A DNA stretch of 64,000 nucleotides from Candidatus Poribacteria bacterium (GTDB taxonomy: Bacteria > Poribacteria > WGA-4E > PCPOR2b): the NCBI GenBank assembly GCA_965215015.1, contig OZ244042.1:3776001-3840000 (forward strand), written 5' to 3'. Shown here one piece after another: positions 20,070 to 28,631 of the stretch. Each line of letters begins with the position of its first letter. Position 1 is the stretch's first letter. A program made the position numbers and the translations under genes. The notes under the pieces are model-generated. The model had not been told where the DNA came from, ran no database searches, and saw nothing but the letters and a program-made list of their open reading frames with translations.

Positions 20070-21368
20070 TCAGACATTTTCCGCACACTCCACTATGGCG
20101 ATTTCTTCAGGGGTGAGACCGTATAAATTGTCAGCATCTGGATTGAGTAGATTCCATGATTCTCAGGATTCTTAGATGCTGCCGTTTGTATCCTGTTTAT
20201 CCTTCCCTCCTGGAAATCCTGATTCAGACATTTTCCGTGCTCTCCACTATGGCGATTTCTTCAGGGTTGAGCCCGTATAAATTGTCAGCATCTGGATTGA
20301 GTAGATTCTATGATTCTCAGGATTCTTAGATGCTGCCGTTTGTATCCTGTTTATCCCTCCCTCCTGGAAATCCTGATTTAGGACACGGCTTCAAATAGCC
20401 GCGTTATCTAATTCAGACATTTTCCGCGCTCTCCACAATAGCGATTTCTTCAGGGTTGAGCCCGTATCAATTGTCAGAATCTGGCTTCAGTAGATTCTAT
20501 GATTCTCAGGATTTTTAGGTGCTGCGGTTTCTATCCTGTTTATCCTTCCATCCTGGAAATCCTGATTCAGACATTTTCCGCGCTCTCCACAATAGCGATT
20601 TCTTCAGGGTTGAGCCCGTATAAATTGCCAGCATCTGGATTCAGCAGATTCTATGATTCTCAGGATTTTTAGATGCTGCGTTTTCTATCCTGTTTATCCT
20701 TCCATCCTGAAAATCCTGATTCATTCATTTTCCGCACACTCCACTATGGCGATTTCTTCAGGGGTGAGCCCGTATAAATTGCCAGCATCTGGATTCAGCA
20801 GATTCTACGATTCTCAGGATTTTTAGATGCTGCGGTTTGTATCCTGTTTATCCCTCCATCCTGAAAATCCTGATTCAGACATTTTCCGCGCTCTCCACTA
20901 TGGCGATTTCTTCAGGGGTGAGCCCGTATAAATTGCCAGCATCTGGATTCAGCAGATTCTACGATTCTCAGGATTTTTAGATGCTGCGTTTTCTATCCTG
21001 TCTATCCATCCTGGAAATCCTGATTCAGGACACGGCTTCAACTAGCCGCGTTATCTAATTCATTCATTTTCCGCGCTCTCCACAATAGCGATTTCTTCAG
21101 GGGTGAGCCCGTATAAATTGTCAGCATCTGGATTCATCAGATTCTATGATTCTCAGGATTCTTAGATGCTGCGGTTTCTATCCTGTTTATCCTTCCATCC
21201 TGGAAATCCTGATTCATCCATTTTCCGCGCTCTCCACTATGGCGATTTCTTCAGGGTTGAGCCCGTATACAATTGTCAGCATCTGGATTCACCGGATTCT
21301 ATGATTCTCAGGATTTTTAGATGCTGCGGTTTGTATCCTGTTTATCCCTCCATCCTGGAAATCCTGAT
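20070..21368 (-). repeat. Array A: 8 units of (silent copy of the methyltransferase 3' end + ~98-bp inverted-repeat element), period ~154 bp
   Basis: Tail-copy stop codons (TCA on +) at 20070, 20224, 20413, 20567, 20721, 20875, 21060 and 21214; the real stop is at 21369. Periods are 154, 189, 154, 154, 154, 185, 154, 155. Confidence 0.95.
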
Positions 21369-24300
21369 TCATCCATTTTCCGCGCTCTCCACTATGGCGA
21401 TTTCTTCAGGGGTGAGACCGTATAACAAGTATACTATCTGATCAACCTCATTTTCAAGTTCGGATACATCCGCGTCCGGGTCAGTGTCTTTGGCAGCGAG
21501 AATCTGATCGACCAGTTCAATAATCAGGGCTTGCTGCTCAGAGGGAGCATCCGGTATTGGAAATTTTTTCACATAATTGTTAATCCAACGACTTGTTCCC
21601 ATCCCACTCGTTTCTGCAATAAGGTTCAAGTAAAAACGAATTGCACTTGAATTTAGGATACCTAGCAGAAATTTTGACTCCATACCTGAAGGAGGTAATA
21701 AAAAATACGCTGAGTTTAGCAGATAAACTTCTTCATTACAAAGGGCAAACCGCCCCAAATCCGTTAGCTCAATCCACACAATCTTTTCTTTTTTGAAGTC
21801 CTCATAGAATGAACACGCTCTTAGATTCGTCCAGTGTTGTCCTTGTGCCCCACGATTTCTGAACCTATCCCCAAATGACTCTAAATGTTTGTATATATCA
21901 GGATAATCTCTTTGTACATTAATTCCATTTTTGGCCAGTAAAATATACTGCCCCCCTAATGTGTAACTGTAGCGGGAAATATCTCTGCCTCTCAAAATGG
22001 GTTTTATGATTTCAGTATTGATGGGATTTTTTTTACAAAATTCTTGTTTCTTATCTTCATCTATAAGAAAAGCTTCATTGCTGCCAGTAGCAATACCAAG
22101 TCTAATTTTTGCCCTCAACTGTTCGAGAGTTTTCCCTGATGATTCCAGTCTCTTTTGGAGCTCAACACACTTTGGTTCTACAAGATTCCACGACCTTGAG
22201 TTAAAGTAGGCTTGAGGATAATTAAAACCGTTGCTTTTTACAAAATCCTCAAAACTATTACCTGAAAATGGCGCATTAACAACAATACAAAAATCATCGG
22301 TGAGATTTGTCGGTTTACGAGACACTATTATTGCGACATTAACAATCACACTCTCGAAAACCTGCGAATCTTCAATATTTAACACTCTTAGCAGCATGTT
22401 TTTACTGTGCAGCAGTCTTCGGATTGGTGCGCCATATTCTGCCCTCAAGTATGAATTTGAAGTAATAAAACTAAATATTCCTTGCTGGTTTTGCAGCTCT
22501 ATCGCTTTTTCGATGAAATAGCAGTACACATCTGCAAACGGTTGGTAAGATTGATAGTTATTCTTAATTTCGGTTTTAAGCTGTTTAGGGATTTTATCAT
22601 GGCTAATATACGGCGGATTTCCAATGACGACATCAAAGCCGTCCGTAACCCCGAACATCCACTCCGGGTCAAACCAATCCGCGCTTGCATTCGGGTCGTA
22701 GGGGTCCCAAGCGGCGACTTTATTCGCATCATCGGCGGGTATCCCGATATGGCGTAATTCCGTCGCCAATTCTTGTCTCAATTTCTTGTCCGCTCGTTTA
22801 CAGTCGAGTTTCTGTGAGCGTGTTGTGGCGTGGAAATGCCGTTCCCGATTTTTACCCAATTCCCCTTCTAATGCTTTCGCCCTGGGGCTTGTCAGGGTTC
22901 GTTCGCCTTCGAGACCGATGAGCATGTTTGCCGCGATAAAGCGTGTCTCCAGATTCGGCAGCGGCTTAATCCCAAAGTTAGCTGCGGCACTATCCGGTTC
23001 CTGCTCAATGGCAAGGGAGATGAAAAAGCGAAGCTTGGCAATTTGGCAAGCGATAGATTGAATGTCCACACCGAAGATGCTGTTTTGAATCAGATACAAC
23101 TTCCGTCCGAAATCCGAATCGCGGTACCGTTTGAAAGTTTCGTTGATTTCGAGGAGGGCTTCACGGCGTAGGTGGTCATCTGCCGTATCAAACGCGTTAG
23201 CCGCCTGTTGGATGGCGCGTTCTTTCTGTAGCTGTTCCCATCGGGTGTTATCGGGGTCCAGCCGTCGTAGGGCGAGCGTCAGTTTATGCAGTATCCCCAT
23301 CGGAAACGCCCCGGAACCGACGGCGGGGTCAAGTATCTTCAATTCTGAAATTGCCCGCACTACCAAGTCGGCTTCGCGGCTATCGAACCGTTCGCTCGCC
23401 TCGTCAAATGCCTTTGCGTAATCGAACAGATAGTGCAACCGCTCGTCCCAAAACTTGGGGTCTCCGTCCGTCGGGGCCACCTGTCCTGCAAGCGTAGCGA
23501 CTAACGCCTCCTCTACCATGTAGTCCACGATGGGACGCGGGGTGTAATAGGAACCGGTCTGCTTCCGTGCCGTTGTGCCGGTTTCGGGGTTATACGCAGC
23601 GAGCAGGTTTTCAAACACCTTGCCAAGTAGCTCCGGGTCCAACGCGACCTCCTGCTCTATGGGTGTGTTTTCCTCAACGGTAAACTTGTACCGTTCCAGC
23701 AGGGGAATCAGACCGTAATCATCATTGAAGAAGAGATAGTTGGGGATGCTTAATTGACTGTAATGCACATCGGAGAAGCAATCCACCCGGTAGCCGCCAT
23801 CCCGTGTTGCCTCCTCGCTGTCGAGACAATCGAATAAGCCACCGTTGATGAATGGCGTTTGGGCGAACAGCCCCAGCAGCTTGTCGGGATCGGCTATCTG
23901 GTCTCTGTAGCGATACCGTGAGAAATTGCGATGGACCGGGTTGCCCCCTTCGCTAAACCCACGCTTCTCTATCTCGGTGTTCAGTGTGGCGAAAAACAGA
24001 TTCTGTAGCACCGCCCGGTAGTAGGAATCGCCGGTGTCGCGGTCATAGTCTTTCAACAGGTAGCGGACGTGTGTCTCGTTGAACAGTTCATCGGCGATCA
24101 GTCCCTTCTCTTTGATAAACCAGACAAACAGCAGTCGCGTGATTAAGCGGATGACGTGCTCCTCCGATTTCAAGGTACGCTTTTCGTTTGTGGGGAACTC
24201 GCCTTCAGCAACTGCCCATTCAAACCAAGCGAACAATTCCCGGTAGAACTGCTTATTGAGTGCTTCGGTGTCGAGAGTTTTTTCCCAAGCGCGATGCAGC

Positions 24301-24935
24301 TCGACAAAATTGCGGACACCGTGCGTTTGGTTCAACGGTTCAAGGGCGAGATCGAATAGGATATCGATGTGTGCACGGTGGGTATCGTTGCAATCAATAT
24401 CCTTGATAAGGGTTACTTTTTCGAGGACATCGCGGGCTGGGTCGGATGCGTGCAAACGGCGATTGATAATCGACAGGGTGAGTGTATCGCCGTGTTGAAA
24501 GAACAGCATCGCGGGTATCGAGAACAACTTGTTGATTTCGCGGGTGATTTGTGACAGTTGGGTGCGGTTGTAACCGCTGCCTTCCAAGCGGATTGCGAAG
24601 AAAAGGTAGGATTCGATGATGGTGTTATCTACCTGCGTCTGGCTGGGATTGAAACTCCATCGGGTTGTATCCGTGGGTGTCAGGTCCTCGCCTGTGAGTT
24701 GGAAAAGCAGGTCAATAGAGGTCCATTCTGCTGTCAGTGCCCTACCGCTATTCAGTTGCCCGTGTAGATCGTAGGCGGCAATAAAGGCGTCGGCGGTATT
24801 TGATTCAAGGGCTAGCGTCCTTTCGCTTTGATAGCCGAGTATGTTGAGCAGATTTCGTGCATTTTCAGCGAGGGCCCCATCGGTGAAGCGGTTTAGAGCG
24901 TTAGTGAGGGCGGCTTTGTGTTGTGCATCGTTCAT
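21369..24935 (-). CDS. Type IIG / Eco57I-like adenine methyltransferase-specificity protein, copy 1 (TaqI_C-type TRD)
   Basis: PFINGGLF, GSYYTP, ILDPAVGSGAF (motif I), GVDIQ, GFDVVIGNPPY (motif IV), KIVW...GILNS TRD, C-terminal LYGLTPEEIAIVE. Confidence 0.92.
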   Translation of the reverse strand: MNDAQHKAALTNALNRFTDGALAENARNLLNILGYQSERTLALESNTADAFIAAYDLHGQLNSGRALTAEWTSIDLLFQLTGEDLTPTDTTRWSFNPSQTQVDNTIIESYLFFAIRLEGSGYNRTQLSQITREINKLFSIPAMLFFQHGDTLTLSIINRRLHASDPARDVLEKVTLIKDIDCNDTHRAHIDILFDLALEPLNQTHGVRNFVELHRAWEKTLDTEALNKQFYRELFAWFEWAVAEGEFPTNEKRTLKSEEHVIRLITRLLFVWFIKEKGLIADELFNETHVRYLLKDYDRDTGDSYYRAVLQNLFFATLNTEIEKRGFSEGGNPVHRNFSRYRYRDQIADPDKLLGLFAQTPFINGGLFDCLDSEEATRDGGYRVDCFSDVHYSQLSIPNYLFFNDDYGLIPLLERYKFTVEENTPIEQEVALDPELLGKVFENLLAAYNPETGTTARKQTGSYYTPRPIVDYMVEEALVATLAGQVAPTDGDPKFWDERLHYLFDYAKAFDEASERFDSREADLVVRAISELKILDPAVGSGAFPMGILHKLTLALRRLDPDNTRWEQLQKERAIQQAANAFDTADDHLRREALLEINETFKRYRDSDFGRKLYLIQNSIFGVDIQSIACQIAKLRFFISLAIEQEPDSAAANFGIKPLPNLETRFIAANMLIGLEGERTLTSPRAKALEGELGKNRERHFHATTRSQKLDCKRADKKLRQELATELRHIGIPADDANKVAAWDPYDPNASADWFDPEWMFGVTDGFDVVIGNPPYISHDKIPKQLKTEIKNNYQSYQPFADVYCYFIEKAIELQNQQGIFSFITSNSYLRAEYGAPIRRLLHSKNMLLRVLNIEDSQVFESVIVNVAIIVSRKPTNLTDDFCIVVNAPFSGNSFEDFVKSNGFNYPQAYFNSRSWNLVEPKCVELQKRLESSGKTLEQLRAKIRLGIATGSNEAFLIDEDKKQEFCKKNPINTEIIKPILRGRDISRYSYTLGGQYILLAKNGINVQRDYPDIYKHLESFGDRFRNRGAQGQHWTNLRACSFYEDFKKEKIVWIELTDLGRFALCNEEVYLLNSAYFLLPPSGMESKFLLGILNSSAIRFYLNLIAETSGMGTSRWINNYVKKFPIPDAPSEQQALIIELVDQILAAKDTDPDADVSELENEVDQIVYLLYGLTPEEIAIVESAENG

Positions 24936-24937
24936 CT

Positions 24938-25981
24938 TTAGGCTTTCCTGAGTTTAATCCTTGCTGCTATCTTTTGAGCTAAATCCTTGAAAGCGTCGCG
25001 GGCGGCATTGGCGGCGGCGGCGTGGGCACCGATAGCACCGTCTGCCGGGGTGAGGTGAAAAATGGGTTTTCGCGCTTCTTGTGCCATCGGTACTAGGCTT
25101 CGGTAGTGCTTAACAGTAGCAAGGGCATGTTTTTCATCTTGTGACGGTGTCTCGGGGTAAGGGCCTTCGTTATCGTCGAGTAGGTTCCGGGCGTATTCCT
25201 CCGGCATCCGGTTGACCCACTTATCATAGGCTATCACAGGGCGGTTCAAACGGACACTGTGTTGCTGCATTACATATCCAATTGGTTTCATATCTCCCTT
25301 CGGAAGTGGAAAATCGGGTGTGCTCCAATTATCTCGTCTGGTTTTCCAATCCTGCCTCCAGCGTTTCAGCGTAGGGCCGAGGTTACGCAACCCCCGAAGC
25401 GAAAACAGATCTGCCCCCAGTGGAACGACGACATAATCGGTTGCAATCAGCGCAGAGCGGTTGATAGCACCGAGATTGGGACCAACGTCGGCTAAAATAA
25501 TTGAGGCATTCATTTCTGCTGCGCCTTTCTGCATAATAGTCGAAAACGCGGTCAGTATTCTAAAAGGACGATACAGGTTACTGGATCCCAGTGCGTTTGG
25601 CCATTCAGTTGATAGGGTATCCTCAAACCCTGCGAGTGCTAGGTCGCCCGGAATCAACCGAAGATCCCCCTGAAACAGATCTGGTTGGCGTATAATTGGC
25701 TGAAGAGACGCTAATTGCAGGTCTCCGACGTGCATCAGTGGTTTCACACACTCAAAGATAGTACTGCTAGATGTAGAGGCAGTGTCGTTTTCGTCCCAAA
25801 GGCTCTCCAAGCATTCTTCTTTGAGAAACGCAGCGGTAAGGTTCGCCTGTGGGTCCAGGTCACAGGCAAGCACTCGATGACCGATGTCGGATAGCATCCA
25901 TGCTAGATGGTAGGCCAGGGATGTCTTGCCTACGCCGCCTTTATTGTTGAAGAAGGTTAAAACGGGAACAGGCATTTTCAT
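24938..25981 (-). CDS. ParA/Soj-like ATPase (long, defence-island type)
   Basis: FNNKGGVGKT, DLDPQANLT, DVGPNLGAINR. AAGGAG RBS; 2-bp gap to the next gene. Confidence 0.9.
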   Translation of the reverse strand: MKMPVPVLTFFNNKGGVGKTSLAYHLAWMLSDIGHRVLACDLDPQANLTAAFLKEECLESLWDENDTASTSSSTIFECVKPLMHVGDLQLASLQPIIRQPDLFQGDLRLIPGDLALAGFEDTLSTEWPNALGSSNLYRPFRILTAFSTIMQKGAAEMNASIILADVGPNLGAINRSALIATDYVVVPLGADLFSLRGLRNLGPTLKRWRQDWKTRRDNWSTPDFPLPKGDMKPIGYVMQQHSVRLNRPVIAYDKWVNRMPEEYARNLLDDNEGPYPETPSQDEKHALATVKHYRSLVPMAQEARKPIFHLTPADGAIGAHAAAANAARDAFKDLAQKIAARIKLRKA

Positions 25982-25987
25982 CTCCTT

Positions 25988-27214
25988 TCAGGATTTTGGC
26001 ACTGCCTCTATTGTGACAAGCACGTTAGTATCATAAATTTCAAATCTCGGTTCCGGATGTCCTGCTTCAGTCAACAGCCTTCTTGCTGTCGGTATTCCCA
26101 CGCCAAAACGTTGCACATAGCCGAGGTTTTTCATCGCTTCCGCCAGATTGGGGTTGCGATAATCGGTCAGTCCGGGCTGGCCGAAATTCACAGCCGTTAC
26201 CACCCCAAACGCGCCGCCGGGGCTTAAAACCTCAATACGGTCGTTGAACCAAGACACACGAATTGGCGCATTGGTTGCCTCATAGGTCCTGTGCATAACG
26301 GCGTTCCGGGTAATTTGTTGCAACGCAGGAATGGGGTAAAGTTCTGTCCGTTGTTCGACGACGTTGGTTGTGAAATCAACAGCGGTGCGATTGTGAGCGG
26401 TCAGTTTCTCGTCGAGACGGCGAAGCAAGTCTGGAATTGTCCCCCCTATTTCTTCGTTGTCAAGAATATCATCCGTTAGCTGACTACCATTAATTCTGAG
26501 GAACTGGACATAAGCATTTGGAAGAAAATCCTGTGGATTTTTGCCGAGCACCAGTATTCCCAACATCGTTGCAATTCGTTCATCGCCCGGAGCAATCATC
26601 TTCGTCGCAGCTAGGCGTTCTTCGGGAGTGCGTTCATTGGCTTGTAGTACCTCGGCGGTAACAACTTGCGGTAGATATTCGTTCTCGAACTGGGCCAGGT
26701 TCAGATCGGAGATGCCGGCTGTGGGGATGGGATGCAGGTCGAAGGGACTGTCTCCAAATCGCCGCTTTTCGTTGAGAATCCTTTCATCCTGTGCCGTGGC
26801 GATGCTGCGGCGCGGCCCAACCCGGATATGGATAGAACCTTTGAATCGAACCGGCGGCGAGTCAGAGGGTTGCACTATGACCACAGCAATTTCCTTACCT
26901 TGCAGCAGCCGCTTCTCAACGTTCAGCGATGGCGGGGGCACGATATTCCCATCAGTTTTCATATCAGCTAATTGCCGGAGCAATCTGTCCGTGACAGATA
27001 GCCCTGTGATAGTTCTGTCATCTCTCACCCCTATAAAAACAAAGCCTGGTTTTTCGTGGCGTGGCAAATCATTGGTAAATGCACAAATGGCTTCTCTGAT
27101 TCTTTCTGTGGCACTGCCGCTCAAAGATTCTTTGAACTCGATACGGTCAGCTTCGCCGAATTCGATGATTTGTAGCAATTCTTCGTCTGTAAAATCTGAC
27201 ATTGTGATTTCCAT
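25988..27214 (-). CDS. AlbA_2 (Schlafen-like) DNA-binding domain + RecG-C/HATPase_c_4 protein
   Basis: GEADRIEFKES, ICAFTN, GFVFIGVRDD, NAVMHRTY, IEVLSPGG, YRNPNLAE...VQRFGVGI. Confidence 0.88.
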   Translation of the reverse strand: MEITMSDFTDEELLQIIEFGEADRIEFKESLSGSATERIREAICAFTNDLPRHEKPGFVFIGVRDDRTITGLSVTDRLLRQLADMKTDGNIVPPPSLNVEKRLLQGKEIAVVIVQPSDSPPVRFKGSIHIRVGPRRSIATAQDERILNEKRRFGDSPFDLHPIPTAGISDLNLAQFENEYLPQVVTAEVLQANERTPEERLAATKMIAPGDERIATMLGILVLGKNPQDFLPNAYVQFLRINGSQLTDDILDNEEIGGTIPDLLRRLDEKLTAHNRTAVDFTTNVVEQRTELYPIPALQQITRNAVMHRTYEATNAPIRVSWFNDRIEVLSPGGAFGVVTAVNFGQPGLTDYRNPNLAEAMKNLGYVQRFGVGIPTARRLLTEAGHPEPRFEIYDTNVLVTIEAVPKS

Positions 27215-27519
27215 TCATTTAACTCCCCTCGTGATGTAACCCCTGGCACCGCAGGCGGATGCTTGTCTGAATCAGGATATTCAGGATTGAAGGATTCATA
27301 AGATGGGCTCATGTAAAAAAATGATGCAAAGAGACCGTAGGAAGGATACCAAGACCTATCGGGCTCAATCCGCCCAGAACATTGCGCGCCCGTTTCTGAG
27401 GTGGCGTTGAGCGTTCAATGGCGGGCCTCCTAATTTTTAGATACTGCTGTTTCTATCCTGTCTATCCATCCTGGAAATCCTGATTCAGGACACGGCTTCA
27501 ACTAGCCGCGTTATCTAAT

Positions 27520-28631
27520 TCATCCATTTTCCGCGCTCTCCACTATGGCGATTTCTTCAGGAGTGAGACCGTATAAATTGTCAGCATCTGGATTCACCGG
27601 ATTCTATGATTCTCAGGATTTTTAGATGCTGCGTTTTCTATCCTGTTTATCCTTCCATCCTGAAAATCCTGATTCATCCATTTTCCGTGCTCTCCACCAT
27701 AGCGATTTCTTCAGGGGTGAGCCCGTATAAATTGTCAGCATCTGGATTCACCGGATTCTATGATTCTCAGGATTTTTAGATGCTGCGGTTTGTATCCTGT
27801 TTATCCATCCAGTCTGGAAATCCTGATTCAGACATTTTCAGCACCCTCCACAATAGCAATTTCTTCAGGGGTTAAATTGTATAATGAGTATACTATCCGA
27901 ATTCGGGTTGTTACGGAGGCAAAAAAATCCGTCGATGGTGATACTTATCCTGTTTATCCTTCCATCCTGAAAATCCTGATTCAGAGATTTTCCAATCCCT
28001 CCACCATAGCGATTTCTTCAGGGGTGAGCCCGTATAAATTGTCAGCATCTGGATTCACCGGATTCTATGATTCTCAGGATTTTTAGATGCTGCGGTTTCT
28101 ATCCTGTTTATCCCTCCATCCTGGAAACCCTGATTCAGCACACGGATTCAACTAGCCACCTTATCTAATTCAGACATTTTCAGCACACTCCACAATACCG
28201 ATTTCTGCAGGGGTTAAATTGTATAATGAGTATACTATCCGAATTCGGGTTGTTACGGAGGCAAAAAAATCCGTCGATGGTGATACTTATCCTGTTTATC
28301 CTTCCATCCTGAAAATCTTGATTCAGACATTTTCAGCACCCTCCACAATACCGATTTCTGCAGGAGTGACACCGTATACAATTGTCAGAATCTGGATTGA
28401 GCAGATTCTATGATTCTCAGGATTTTTAGATGCTGCCGTTTCTATCCTGTTTATCCTTCCATCCTGAAAATCCTGATTCAGAGATTTTCCAATCCCTCCA
28501 CAATAGCGATTTCTGCAGGAGTCAGACCGTATAAATTGTCAGAATCTGGATTCACCGGATTCTACGATTCTCAGGATTTTTAGATGCTGCGGTTTGTATC
28601 CTGTTTATCCCTCCATCCTGGAAATCCTGAT
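27520..28631 (-). repeat. Array B: 7 units of (silent copy of the methyltransferase 3' end + inverted-repeat element), period ~154 bp
   Basis: Tail-copy stops at 27520, 27674, 27828, 27981, 28170, 28323 and 28478; the real stop is at 28632. Periods are 154, 154, 153, 189, 153, 155, 154. Confidence 0.95.

Noticed and set aside
21214-21282. Tail copies as expressed micropeptides
   Set aside because: Only this one unit has an in-frame ATG (MLTIVYGLNPEE...), created by a 1-bp insertion. The other standard units checked have an upstream in-frame stop and an out-of-frame ATG.
21166-21441. Plus-strand ORFs in the arrays (also 27760-28086 and 28219-28413)
   Set aside because: Antisense readings of repeat units and gene tails, with no RBS or family motifs.
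26541-27239. 232-aa plus-strand ORF (and similar long antisense ORFs such as 13384-14013 and 57215-57781)
   Set aside because: Shadow ORFs opposite well-supported genes.
20070-28631. Canonical CRISPR, DGR or integron interpretation of arrays A and B
   Set aside because: The repeat is ~98 bp and the spacers are homologous to each other and to the adjacent gene. There is no cas, reverse transcriptase or tyrosine integrase gene, and substitutions are not adenine-restricted.
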